Virus record (IMG/VR): IMGVR_UViG_3300042564_002458
Span: 1 to 64,000 of that record
DNA from: a virus
Length of the DNA: 64,000 nucleotides
Direction: 5' to 3' (one strand)
Every line of letters starts with the position of its first letter. Within the stretch, counting starts at the first letter, position 1. The notes beneath the pieces were generated by a model, which saw only the letters and a list, made by a program, of their open reading frames with translations, did no database searches and was not told the DNA's origin. The position numbers and the translations under genes were made by a program. Shown here piece after piece: positions 41,590 to 51,752 of the stretch.

Positions 41590-43152
41590 TTAGAAAGTTA
41601 AACTCAGTCCGGGCGTTATATAAAATGCACCGCTAACTGACAATGTAGTTGTTGCTGAAACACTATATGGTTGATAGGCAAATAAATTTGCACCACCGTG
41701 AAGACTCTCAGCATTACTATAATCAGTAGACAATCCAGTACTATATAGTGCATCTGAAGTTCCAACATCTAATATTTCTTGTTTAATTTGAGCAGGAGTA
41801 TAACTTGGATATTTTTGAGCCATTTGTACTGCCACTCCGGCTACATTAGGACTTGCCATACTGGTGCCACTAATACTCATTATCTTATAATTAGAATCAA
41901 ATGGATAATCAGTAGTTGCCCCGAAATCATTTACTGTACTAGTAGTACTAACAATATTTGTTCCGGGTGCCCAAATATCTACTCTGGGTCCAGACTCACT
42001 AGATCCGGCTTTACGCTCTGGACTATCATATCCTGTGCTTACATTACCTACACAAATTACGCCGGGTGCGGATGGAGGACTTCCTCCCTGCATGTAATAT
42101 CGCGAACTTACACCATCAGTAAAATAATTATCATAATCTAATCCACCAGGAACATCAATAGTTTGATAATAGTTACCGGCTGCTCCACATAATATTACTC
42201 CAGCACTTAGTAGTTCATCAACATCAACATCAACAGTTCCTACTCTGATTCCGAAGCGTTCACCTGATCCACCAATCATTCCATAATTAGGTTGTTTTGT
42301 TGTTCCTGTCCATGAAGTACCACGATATACTCCACCTTGAATATTAGTAAATGTATTAACATAACTCCAACTCATATTAACTACGGTTGGTCTTTTATAT
42401 CCAGTAACAGGATCGATTGGCTTATTTAAATGCCATCCTTTTATAACATCAAATACATCACTAACTGGTAATCCTTGAGTTCCTCCCCCATTAAGTCCCT
42501 CAACCATGACTGAGTATATTCTAGCATTTTTAGCTCGGCCATATGTTAAACCAGCAGCAATTCCGGTACAGTGTGTTCCGTGACCATCAGTATCAGTATA
42601 AAAAAGATTATCGGCTGGTTGAGTACCTGCCAATCCACTGGCTGTATACCAATTTATTTTTTGAACTCTAGTTACCCCCAATGAATCATTAAATTCTGGA
42701 TGATCACACTGTAGACCACTATCTTGAATAACAAAATCGACACCAGTACCATCTAAAATATAATCATAGTCTAATGTACCACTAGAGCCTGGAGTATTAT
42801 TAGTAGTACTGTTTAGTCTAAATAACCCCCAATTAATTCCCATGTTATTAGCGGGATTTGTACCAGGAGATTTATAATATAATCCAGTTTGAGTAGTACT
42901 AGGCATTATCATAATGTCTGTACGTTGATCTGGTGGAATTTCTACACAATATACTCTGGGATCATTTCGTAATAAGGCAGCCTCTTCATCTGATAATTCA
43001 TATGTACAGGTTCGTAAACTCAAGTCACGATTGTTGACAATTTCTACTCTACGACTTGGTACAAAACCATCCTCACTAGATAGATTTTCAATTTCATTCC
43101 AGAATTGATTATAATCAATATCTTTGTTTAAACTTACAGAATATTCTCTCAT
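41590..43152 (-). CDS. Subtilisin-family S8 serine protease
   Basis: Catalytic triad motifs IQDSG, HGTHC, GTSMASP; NMSW; AAGN. Confidence 0.93.
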   Translation of the reverse strand: MREYSVSLNKDIDYNQFWNEIENLSSEDGFVPSRRVEIVNNRDLSLRTCTYELSDEEAALLRNDPRVYCVEIPPDQRTDIMIMPSTTQTGLYYKSPGTNPANNMGINWGLFRLNSTTNNTPGSSGTLDYDYILDGTGVDFVIQDSGLQCDHPEFNDSLGVTRVQKINWYTASGLAGTQPADNLFYTDTDGHGTHCTGIAAGLTYGRAKNARIYSVMVEGLNGGGTQGLPVSDVFDVIKGWHLNKPIDPVTGYKRPTVVNMSWSYVNTFTNIQGGVYRGTSWTGTTKQPNYGMIGGSGERFGIRVGTVDVDVDELLSAGVILCGAAGNYYQTIDVPGGLDYDNYFTDGVSSRYYMQGGSPPSAPGVICVGNVSTGYDSPERKAGSSESGPRVDIWAPGTNIVSTTSTVNDFGATTDYPFDSNYKIMSISGTSMASPNVAGVAVQMAQKYPSYTPAQIKQEILDVGTSDALYSTGLSTDYSNAESLHGGANLFAYQPYSVSATTTLSVSGAFYITPGLSLTF

Positions 43153-43154
43153 GA

Positions 43155-46100
43155 TTAAATTAAATTAGCCCAAGCACCGTTTTCATAACCCTGAAATTTG
43201 TTAAGATCAGTATCATATAATATGTCACCATTGACGGCGGCAAGAGTATTTTTTTGTACTGTACTTAATTTTGGTAGTCTGAATACAGCCCCACCCGTAA
43301 CATTAACAACTGTGGTACCCTGTAGAGTAATACTAGTAGTAGATACGAATGTTGGTGTTCCAACTGTATTACTAACAATATTACCACTAATATTAACATT
43401 ACCAGCACTAATATTACCAGTTACATCCAGACTACTTAATGTACCAACTGATGTAATATTTGGTTGAGCATTTGTCGTAATAGTTCCAGAATAATAATTA
43501 GCAGTTACTAAATTACCTAAATTTGCATTTGAACCATTAACATTTCCATTTGATTGAATTGTGTTGGCAATTACTATATTGGGAATTAATAAATTACCAG
43601 TACTTCCAAAAGTAAATGTACTTAGTGCATTTGCAGTTGAAATTGTTATAATACTATATTCGGTTGGAAGATATGCACCACTGGATTGAGGTAATCCAAT
43701 TGCCGTCATTTCTGTTCTTCCACCAAAACTCCATCCAGAAATAGAATCAATCGTTGTCAGTCCATTTCCAGTATATCCGTAATAAGTTTGTTTATAAATA
43801 TCATCATTGATCTGAACAATATTAATATTACCGGAGTCTGTTCCTCTGGCTCTTGCTGTTCTTGTACTATATTGATTTGCTATATTACTATATGCGGCTT
43901 GATTAATTTGTCCAGGAACTGTTAAGAGACCAGTATCATCCAATTTCAAATCATATTCAAGACCAGCATTATTAGTAGAATATATTTTTACTATAGACGG
44001 AATATATGAAGAACCACTACTAGCAGATCCATTAGCGATAACATTAATACCACCACCTTCTTGGTATTGATTATATGAAGTGTAACCTAAACTTTGTATG
44101 TCCAGCATTACATCATTTGTTTGAATCTGCAATGGAGAAGTACTAGTTCCACGAGATTTTTTCATTTCAATACCAAATAAATTAGCATCATTTGATGATG
44201 TACTAATTGTTATTCCATTTGATTGAATTGTGTTGGCAATTACTGTATTGGGAATTAATAAATTACCAGTACTTCCAAAAGTAAATGTATTTAAGGCATT
44301 TGCAGTTGAAATTGTTGTAACAAGATATTCAGTTGGAAGATATGCACCACTGGATTGAGGTAATCCAATCACTTGCATTTCTGTTCTTCCACCAAAACTC
44401 CATCCAGAAATAGAATCAATCGTTGTCAGTCCATTTCCAGTATATCCGTAATAAGTTTGTTTATAAATATCATCATTTACTTGAACAATATTAATATTAC
44501 CGGGATCTGTTCCTCTGGCTCTCGATGTTCTTGTACTATATTGAGTTGCTATATTACTGTATGCGGCTTGATTAATTTGTCCAGGAATTGTTAAGAGAGC
44601 AGTATCATCCAAGATCAAATCATATTCAAGACCAGCATTATTAGTAGAATATATTTTTACTATAGATGGGATGTATGAAGACCCGCCACTGGCAGATCCA
44701 TTAGCAATAATATTAATACCACCACCTTCCTGGTATTGGTTATATGAAGTGTAACCTAAACTTTGTATATTTAATAGTGTATCATTTGTTTGAATCTGCA
44801 ATGGAGAAGTACTAGTTCCACGAGATTTTTTCATTTCAATACCAAATAAATTAGCGTCATTTGATGATGTACTAATTGTTATTCCATTTGATTGAATAGT
44901 ATTGGAAATTACTGTATTGGCAATTACTGTATTGGGAATTAATAAATTACCAGTACTTCCAAAGGTAAATGTATTTAACGCATTTGCAGTTGAAATTGTT
45001 GTAATAAGATATTCGGTTGGAAGATATGCACCACTGGATTGAGGTAATCCAATTATCTGCATTTCTGTTCTTCCACCAAAACTCCATCCAGAAATAGAAT
45101 CAATTGTCGTCAATCCATTTCCGGTATATCCGTAATAAGTTTGCTTATAAATATCATCATTGATCTGAACAATATTAATATTACCGGAGTCTGTTCCTCT
45201 GGCTCTCGATGTTCTTGCACTATATTGTGTTGATACATTACTATATGCTATTTGATTAATTTGTCCAGGAACTGTTAAGAGAGCAGTATTGTCCAAGATC
45301 AAATCATATTCAAGGCCAGTATTATTAGTAGAATATATTTTTACTATAGATGGAATATATGAAGACCCATTACTAGCAGATCCATTAGCGATAATATTAA
45401 TACCACCACCTTCCTGGTATTGGTTATATGAAGTATAACCTAAACTTTGTAAATTTAATAGTGTATCATTTGTTTGAATCTGTAATGGAGAAGCATTGGT
45501 ACCACGAGATTTTTTCATTTCAATACCAAATAAATTAGCGTCATTTGATGATGTACTAATTTTTATTCCGGTATTACTATTTGGTGTAGTAACATTAATA
45601 CTATTAATATTTCCAATATTTGCGGTAATTTGATTTACTGTAACATTACTTGGTAAATCAACTGTTATATTTCCACTAGTGATGATAGGACTTCCTGTGA
45701 TTGTGAGATTATTACTTAATACTCCAACTCTAGTTACAGTCCCTCCCCCATTGCCACCACCGCCAGTCGCGCTTATAGTAACGGCACCATTTGATTGATT
45801 TATAGATACTCCACTACCGGCAACAATACTAGTTACTCCAGTATTGGTTATCGCTATTGTTCCGCTGGTTGTAATTGGACTTCCGCTTACTGATAACCCA
45901 GTTCCACCTGTTACGGCAATACTAGTAACAGTTCCACTACCGCTACCACTTGATGCACTAATTATTCTACCAAATTGATCTACTACTATATTAGCACTAG
46001 AATATGACCCTGATACTGATGGACTAATAGTGGGTAAATTAACATTAATATTTCCACTACTGATTATTGGACTATTAGTCACTGATAAAGTATTACTAGT

Positions 46101-46439
46101 AACACCAACACTATTTACCGAACCTCCGCCATTACCTGTTCCAGTACTATTAATTACTAATGTACCGTTACTACTTGGCGCGCCCCCGAGTGTCGTAATT
46201 GTTACATTTTCACCTGCTATTAGATTAGTTACACCAATATTAGTAATAACAAACGTTGAAGAATCACTATTACTAATAGCGATTCCATTACCTGGTAACA
46301 ATGTCTGAACTTGACCGGCGGTTTCGAATAATTCAGTAAAATTGTTTTGTATAGTGTTAAACGCTGTATACAAACTATCTGAGTTTGCTGAGTCGTTTGG
46401 TTGACCAATATTGATTAGTTGTTGACCTGGTATTGTCAT
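43155..46439 (-). CDS. Tail fibre/baseplate-attached fibre with three long tandem repeats
   Basis: N-terminal INIGQPND...DSLYTAF anchor; GTVTS spacer repeats; three 223-228 aa repeats. Confidence 0.85.
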   Translation of the reverse strand: MTIPGQQLINIGQPNDSANSDSLYTAFNTIQNNFTELFETAGQVQTLLPGNGIAISNSDSSTFVITNIGVTNLIAGENVTITTLGGAPSSNGTLVINSTGTGNGGGSVNSVGVTSNTLSVTNSPIISSGNINVNLPTISPSVSGSYSSANIVVDQFGRIISASSGSGSGTVTSIAVTGGTGLSVSGSPITTSGTIAITNTGVTSIVAGSGVSINQSNGAVTISATGGGGNGGGTVTRVGVLSNNLTITGSPIITSGNITVDLPSNVTVNQITANIGNINSINVTTPNSNTGIKISTSSNDANLFGIEMKKSRGTNASPLQIQTNDTLLNLQSLGYTSYNQYQEGGGINIIANGSASNGSSYIPSIVKIYSTNNTGLEYDLILDNTALLTVPGQINQIAYSNVSTQYSARTSRARGTDSGNINIVQINDDIYKQTYYGYTGNGLTTIDSISGWSFGGRTEMQIIGLPQSSGAYLPTEYLITTISTANALNTFTFGSTGNLLIPNTVIANTVISNTIQSNGITISTSSNDANLFGIEMKKSRGTSTSPLQIQTNDTLLNIQSLGYTSYNQYQEGGGINIIANGSASGGSSYIPSIVKIYSTNNAGLEYDLILDDTALLTIPGQINQAAYSNIATQYSTRTSRARGTDPGNINIVQVNDDIYKQTYYGYTGNGLTTIDSISGWSFGGRTEMQVIGLPQSSGAYLPTEYLVTTISTANALNTFTFGSTGNLLIPNTVIANTIQSNGITISTSSNDANLFGIEMKKSRGTSTSPLQIQTNDVMLDIQSLGYTSYNQYQEGGGINVIANGSASSGSSYIPSIVKIYSTNNAGLEYDLKLDDTGLLTVPGQINQAAYSNIANQYSTRTARARGTDSGNINIVQINDDIYKQTYYGYTGNGLTTIDSISGWSFGGRTEMTAIGLPQSSGAYLPTEYSIITISTANALSTFTFGSTGNLLIPNIVIANTIQSNGNVNGSNANLGNLVTANYYSGTITTNAQPNITSVGTLSSLDVTGNISAGNVNISGNIVSNTVGTPTFVSTTSITLQGTTVVNVTGGAVFRLPKLSTVQKNTLAAVNGDILYDTDLNKFQGYENGAWANLI
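43550..45560. repeat. Three near-identical direct repeats, periods 669 and 684 bp
   Basis: TCATTTGATGATGTACTAAT anchor at 44188, 44857 and 45541. Confidence 0.9.
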
Positions 46440-46494
46440 TGTTATTTTCCTCTATCTTATATTTATCTAATTTGATAGAGAAAATCAATGACAA

Positions 46495-46821
46495 TCAATA
46501 GGGATTAAATGAACTTCCGCATCCACATGTGGTTTGAGCATTGGGATTAGATATAACAAAATTACTACCCATATCGTCTTCACAAAAATCTATAGACGCT
46601 CCTTGAAGATATTGCATACTGGCACTATCTACTAATAAATTGATATCATCTGATTTAATTATAAAATCATCATCACTAATATCTTCATCTATTGTGAATC
46701 CATATGACATACCGCTACATCCACCACCTTTAACAAATACTCTGAGTTTAGCATTTGAGTTATTTTCATCAATTATGATGTCTTTAATACGATTGGTGGC
46801 TGATTCTGTTATTGTTATCAT
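46495..46821 (-). CDS. erpA: A-type Fe-S carrier (ErpA/IscA, HesB family)
   Basis: LRVFVKGGGCSG, VDSASMQYL, NPNAQTTCGCGSSF. Confidence 0.93.
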   Translation of the reverse strand: MITITESATNRIKDIIIDENNSNAKLRVFVKGGGCSGMSYGFTIDEDISDDDFIIKSDDINLLVDSASMQYLQGASIDFCEDDMGSNFVISNPNAQTTCGCGSSFNPY

Positions 46822-46835
46822 TTATTTTGTCCATA

Positions 46836-46857
46836 ATAAAAGGGCATAACGCCCTTT
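46836..46857 (-). terminator. Hairpin terminator after infA
   Basis: AAAGGGC-GTTAT-GCCCTTTT on the minus strand. Confidence 0.6.
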
Positions 46858-46864
46858 GATGTAT

Positions 46865-47080
46865 TTATCTACGTCTTGTTATTCTACCTCTTGTTAGATC
46901 GTAGGGTGAGAATTCCACCTCAACTGTATCTCCCAAGAGTATTTTAATGCCATTCTGACGCATTTTGCCAGAAATCACACCAATTATAATTTTTTCGTTT
47001 GGTAGTTTAACTCTAAACATAGCATTTGGAAGTAATTCCAGTACTATGCCATCTATCTTAATTCCGTCTTCTTTGGCCAT
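46865..47080 (-). CDS. infA: Translation initiation factor IF-1
   Basis: [29 protein letters not shown]. Confidence 0.95.
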   Translation of the reverse strand: MAKEDGIKIDGIVLELLPNAMFRVKLPNEKIIIGVISGKMRQNGIKILLGDTVEVEFSPYDLTRGRITRRR

Positions 47081-47095
47081 ATAGTTTATTTAGTG

Positions 47096-47488
47096 CTACC
47101 CTCTCCGCATTTTAGAAATATCTACTGCTTCCTCATCTGAGAAAACAGGTACAGCATTACTCTTATGTAATACACCAATTCCAATCATTTTGTCACCTGT
47201 ATATATTGGAATATCTGTCTTAACTGCAGTTCCAACACCAGTACTTAATGATGGAAGATCAAGTAAACTTTGACCACGAAATACTCGTTTAGTTATTGTC
47301 AATGGTTTGACAATAAGTCCAGATTTTCGTTTCTTTTCATCCAATTCCGCACCATAAGATTTCTTTAGTACTTGCCAATCTTGTTCCAATTGTTCTGCCT
47401 GTCGTTTATGTTCAGCCGAAGCATACTTGAATTTGGCTCGTTTTTTGCCAGTAGTAGTAAATGCCGGACTCATCATGTGCATTGTCAT
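47096..47488 (-). CDS. Conserved phage protein (YTG...HKSNAVPVF)
   Basis: Recognisable phage motif; TTGACA-17-TATAAT promoter upstream near 47517-47546. Confidence 0.7.
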   Translation of the reverse strand: MTMHMMSPAFTTTGKKRAKFKYASAEHKRQAEQLEQDWQVLKKSYGAELDEKKRKSGLIVKPLTITKRVFRGQSLLDLPSLSTGVGTAVKTDIPIYTGDKMIGIGVLHKSNAVPVFSDEEAVDISKMRRG

Positions 47489-47551
47489 ATAGTTACCATT
47501 ATAGTAGATTATAGTACATTATATCACAAATCAGATTTATTGTCAAGTTTA

Positions 47552-47938
47552 TTATCGTTTAAGAATACGTATTATTTCTTCTTTTTCCAAAATATCTTTC
47601 TCTAATTTCAGATATTGGCGTCTAAGTTCTCTTAATGTTTCCCAGCGTTCTTCTAATTCTGTATTTGGTTTAAAAATTGACAATTTATCTTTTATTTCTT
47701 CTAATAAATCTTTTATACTTTCGCCCTGTATTTTTAGATCACCCTCTATGATTACGTCACCCTCTATGATTACGTCACCAGTAGCATGAATAGAACTATG
47801 TTTATTATTGGATGGGAACGTATTTGATGATGAGATTGTTCCAGTTTGCCAACTTTGATCAGATGCGGTCAACGTAATAGTTTGAATAGTTTCATCATCT
47901 GATGATAGTGATACTGTAGAAATTGATTGATCAGACAT
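47552..47938 (-). CDS. Hypothetical protein
   Basis: Contains an 18-bp tandem duplication (GDVIIE x2). Confidence 0.6.
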   Translation of the reverse strand: MSDQSISTVSLSSDDETIQTITLTASDQSWQTGTISSSNTFPSNNKHSSIHATGDVIIEGDVIIEGDLKIQGESIKDLLEEIKDKLSIFKPNTELEERWETLRELRRQYLKLEKDILEKEEIIRILKR

Positions 47939-48135
47939 TATGATCTTTTCATTATAATGATACGACCATCTTCATCTTGATTAAAATCAAAGTTATCACC
48001 CTCTTTCCAACCCATTTGAGTCATAAGTTCTGGTGGTAATGGTATTAACAATTCTCCAGTTTCTGGATCTTCTTGTACAATTACTTCATACATAGTGGAA
48101 TCAATGTTTTTTGTCATAATATTATTATAACACAA
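47938..48135 (-). CDS. AbrB/MazE-like DNA-binding protein
   Basis: GELLIPLPPELMTQMGWKEGD. Confidence 0.7.
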   Translation of the reverse strand: MCYNNIMTKNIDSTMYEVIVQEDPETGELLIPLPPELMTQMGWKEGDNFDFNQDEDGRIIIMKRS

Positions 48136-48170
48136 TGATTAAAAATGTCAATAAATTTGGATACATTTTA

Positions 48171-48881
48171 TTATAGAGGATTTAACTCTGGATTCCAACC
48201 AGTATTAATTTTAATCTTATCATTTTTCTTACTACGAGATTCTAACTCTTTATATATTTCAATTGCTTGTTTTTTACTAATTGTTGGCAATTCTTCCCAT
48301 GATCTGATTTTAAATCCTAATTCTATCAATCCTTTGGTCAAATTACAAGAATCAGTTTTTGTAAAAAATCTCGGAGCATCTGAATCATTAATAGTTAATC
48401 CACTTCCATTTTTCAATCCAGTTCCACCATTAGTAATGTCGGACTTTGCCTCAGTAACAAACGGATTAGCAATTATAGCTTGTTCTATTGTTACAGAATC
48501 TTCTTTTTCAAAATCAAATAAATTTTTAATTATTTCTTTCGATCTCCATACTTCAATTACATCTACACTATTGTTGAAAGGATTATTAATTTTAATTCTC
48601 CATACAATATTTCCCAGATGTCCTTGATTAATAATCAATGCGTTATGTGGAATCCAATACTTTTCTAAATTGACAGAAGATTTTCTAACATTAGATTTTA
48701 TTCCATCATGATTAGAATGATAATTCTCTAAAAAATTATCATCTTGATCTTTTTTTATCCATAGATATCTAATTGCCCATGGACCCAATTCATCAGGAAT
48801 AAACAACGGTATAGATTCTTCCAATATATCAGGCAATAATCCATTATATCCCGATACTGATTTTTTATCTTTATTAAACAT
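48171..48881 (-). CDS. Hypothetical protein
   Basis: ORF 5 nt after an AATAAATA box. Confidence 0.55.
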   Translation of the reverse strand: MFNKDKKSVSGYNGLLPDILEESIPLFIPDELGPWAIRYLWIKKDQDDNFLENYHSNHDGIKSNVRKSSVNLEKYWIPHNALIINQGHLGNIVWRIKINNPFNNSVDVIEVWRSKEIIKNLFDFEKEDSVTIEQAIIANPFVTEAKSDITNGGTGLKNGSGLTINDSDAPRFFTKTDSCNLTKGLIELGFKIRSWEELPTISKKQAIEIYKELESRSKKNDKIKINTGWNPELNPL

Positions 48882-48935
48882 GAATATATTTATTCAGAAT
48901 GATTAATGAAAATATTAATCACATTTGGATAACAA

Positions 48936-51026
48936 TTATCTGAAATTCTGTGCAACGTCAATTGGTACGTCTGGAATTGATTGACTACGTTGAGATGTGA
49001 CATTAGCAAGTTCTTGATCATCCGCTCTCTGTAACAAAAAGTCCTGACGAGGTATTCCCTGTGAAGTAGCCCATTGTCTAGCTTTTTCCATAGCATCTCT
49101 CACATCTGTGGCTGAGAATCTATACGCCACATTGCCCGCGCCGACCACACCCGCTCGTCTGCGCATTATATATTCTTGTGAACTTGCATTGTTTCCTCTA
49201 ACGGGTTCAGAGACAGGTTGTTCTTCATAGGGTCTTATTGGGCGAGCAATCATACCACGTTGATCTCTTATCCCCCATTCAAGTGCGGCTTTATTTTTGG
49301 CTTCTGGTTCACCAGTAGCTACTAATTCCATACTGTGGTTTCCAAGTGTTACATTCCACCACATTTTTTTATCAACATATTTGTTTTTTTCAACTTCTCT
49401 CTTGAATTGAACCTGTTTTAAATAATCTTTAAGTGTGGATACTGGCATTACTCCAGAGGAATATTGACTGAATAGTTGAATAATAGTTTGATCTTCTGGC
49501 ATAGCATCAGCAAATAATTTGTACAACTTTTTGGCATATTCTTCGCGTTCTAATTTTGGATTGCTGGCAATTGTAGTGGCATAAGCATATCTCAATAAAG
49601 TATTTTGTATTTTACTCATGTCTTCAAAATAATTCATACCACCAGCAGAACGAAATTCTATATATTTTTCTTTAGGATTAATACTTGTATATTTTCCAAA
49701 CCCACTAGGTTTAGCTAAACTATTACTTGCCAGTTGTGACAAATGATTACGCATTTGATTAAATGATGCCGTAATATCTATACCTTTGGCAGAACTTTTA
49801 ATCTTACTAATGGCACTTTTACAATAAGTATTAGCTGCACGATCAAATGATTGTAATACATATTCATCGCCCAAGAACAATGCAAGTTTAGTGAAATCAA
49901 TATTATCTGATGCATGATCAGGAAGACTTACTGACATATGAAACCCAGTTGATTCATTGGCATAAGCACCGTTATCTTCAGCCCACTTAAAAAACTTTGG
50001 TAACATTTCTATTGTTTCTGGTAATGGCATTGGTGGGCTAACAATTTCTACTGGCATATCTTCATCTTGATTTGCAGTCAAACTAGAATCAGGTTCAAAA
50101 ATCCATGTTGTATCATCTCTTCTAGCACTATGATAACCACTACTGACTATTGTATCAACATCTAAATCTTGTTCTAATGAGGAGGCTAAACTTTCAGCAT
50201 AGTCTTTATTAAACTCGCCATCACCGCTAAGACCTTCATTCTGATCATACATATGAGGCCATATAAGATCATAACGACCTTCTACATCTTGAGCAGAGTT
50301 AATACCTTGAGAACGTAACCATTCAGTTTCATCATAATCGGATTCCTCATTAGCCGTATCTAAAAAATTTTCGTATGCACTATCCCAATCATCATTATGA
50401 TCATTTATTGCTTCTTCTACACGATGATCTAATTGATCAGTGATTCCATCACTAGCGTTAATATAGTTATCAAAGTTTTTATTTTTTTTTCTAATTTCTG
50501 CTTGTTGTTTACTACTTTCTATTTTTCTTGACCACATTTGTCCAGCAGTCAGTGCGCTCTCAACTTCCCTATCACTGAGCTCCATTTCATCTCTCAAATA
50601 TTCTTCAATCTTAGAATCAAAATCCCAATCATCACCTTCAATCCAATCTTTTATTAATTCTTCTGCCTTATCAATAAAATCACTCATTAATTGTTCATCA
50701 CGCCATTCAAGATATTCGTTTAACATTTCTTCACGTATACGTTCTGATTGTCTTGGACCAAGATCAGAAAAATCACCACCTTGATAAAAATTTATGATAT
50801 CATCAATGTTATCAACACGTTCATCCGCATCATAATTATAATCATATTCTGGTTCATAATCATCACGAGATTCATTTCCTCCACTAAAGATTAATTCAGA
50901 TTCAAAACCGGCTTTCATACTTTGAGCTAATGGACTTTTAAGAAATTTTTGAAGATCACTAGAACCCATTCTTACTTCATCAAGTTCTTGATTTTCTAAT
51001 AATGATTTTATTTCTTGATATCTCAT
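48936..51026 (-). CDS. Putative amidoligase (COOH-NH2 ligase) with CTS-like leader and acidic insert
   Basis: GFESE, EPDSS, EIVSPP, STGFHMSVS, KYTSIN, YIEFRSAGG; N-terminus MRYQEIKSLLE. Confidence 0.8.
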   Translation of the reverse strand: MRYQEIKSLLENQELDEVRMGSSDLQKFLKSPLAQSMKAGFESELIFSGGNESRDDYEPEYDYNYDADERVDNIDDIINFYQGGDFSDLGPRQSERIREEMLNEYLEWRDEQLMSDFIDKAEELIKDWIEGDDWDFDSKIEEYLRDEMELSDREVESALTAGQMWSRKIESSKQQAEIRKKNKNFDNYINASDGITDQLDHRVEEAINDHNDDWDSAYENFLDTANEESDYDETEWLRSQGINSAQDVEGRYDLIWPHMYDQNEGLSGDGEFNKDYAESLASSLEQDLDVDTIVSSGYHSARRDDTTWIFEPDSSLTANQDEDMPVEIVSPPMPLPETIEMLPKFFKWAEDNGAYANESTGFHMSVSLPDHASDNIDFTKLALFLGDEYVLQSFDRAANTYCKSAISKIKSSAKGIDITASFNQMRNHLSQLASNSLAKPSGFGKYTSINPKEKYIEFRSAGGMNYFEDMSKIQNTLLRYAYATTIASNPKLEREEYAKKLYKLFADAMPEDQTIIQLFSQYSSGVMPVSTLKDYLKQVQFKREVEKNKYVDKKMWWNVTLGNHSMELVATGEPEAKNKAALEWGIRDQRGMIARPIRPYEEQPVSEPVRGNNASSQEYIMRRRAGVVGAGNVAYRFSATDVRDAMEKARQWATSQGIPRQDFLLQRADDQELANVTSQRSQSIPDVPIDVAQNFR

Positions 51027-51030
51027 GATA

Positions 51031-51351
51031 TTATTTTGTTGATCTTTGTCTTTTTACTTCAGTAACAGTTTCTAATATTGCCAATTTTACTTCTTGTTCA
51101 TGTAATTTATCGTGAATGTCGTTGACTGTACTTTCTATTTTATTTAATCTTTCTTCTAATATATCAGTTTTCTGTTGAATATGTTCTAACATATTGGTCT
51201 GATTATCATGTTGTAATAACGCCTGATCTAATCCACTTGTAACTTTAGCAAACCAATGTTTACCTTGCCACCAGGCTCCACCCATGCCGAATACAAACAC
51301 AAGTATAATCCAGTCTTCTTGAATAGTTTTAATAATATCTAATAAATTCAT
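51031..51351 (-). CDS. Single-TM coiled-coil protein (holin/chaperone-like, unresolved)
   Basis: TM segment followed by heptad repeats. Confidence 0.55.
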   Translation of the reverse strand: MNLLDIIKTIQEDWIILVFVFGMGGAWWQGKHWFAKVTSGLDQALLQHDNQTNMLEHIQQKTDILEERLNKIESTVNDIHDKLHEQEVKLAILETVTEVKRQRSTK

Positions 51352-51752
51352 CTTTCGTATCCTTTGAAACCTTGTATTGGACTATTAGTATCTACTTCAG
51401 ACATTTCTTCACTTTTTTTAGTACTAATCAACTTTTTGTCTGAAGATTTAAGACCAACGATATTAAGAGCATAGTCTATGATATCAGTATCTAAATCATA
51501 AGCTATAATAATTTCATTTTCACCCCATGCACTAGATGGAGCCATAGATGCGCCGCCAGAATCTGATAGTCTTTGTTCTGCGCTACGTGCACCCGCAATG
51601 GCTACTCCAAATCTATATTGTTTGTAGAAATCACTGTTTGGTAATGCGGGAATTGAATATGTGGATGGTAATGATCTTGAAACACTACTACTCAATCTAG
51701 TGTCACTGACTGGCATAGTACTGTTCTCAATTATGAATTCTTTTGCTCTCAT
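51348..51752 (-). CDS. CTS-leader protein, paralog of 51749-52132
   Basis: MRAKEFIIE...SEEMSEVDTNSPIQGFKGYER. Confidence 0.75.
   Translation of the reverse strand: MRAKEFIIENSTMPVSDTRLSSSVSRSLPSTYSIPALPNSDFYKQYRFGVAIAGARSAEQRLSDSGGASMAPSSAWGENEIIIAYDLDTDIIDYALNIVGLKSSDKKLISTKKSEEMSEVDTNSPIQGFKGYER

Noticed and set aside
41590-43152. S8 protease as the enzyme that processes the GVAE linkers
   Set aside because: It is coupled to a fibre gene, and Glu-specific head processing in T4-like phages is done by gp21-type proteases, not seen in this window; not excluded but unsupported
43550-45560. Fibre repeats as a DGR template/variable pair
   Set aside because: They are in-frame tandem coding repeats, no reverse transcriptase is present in the window, and no adenine-specific pattern was evident by eye
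48145-48627. 160-aa plus-strand ORF
   Set aside because: Antisense to a minus-strand gene in a minus-strand block; its composition looks like a shadow ORF
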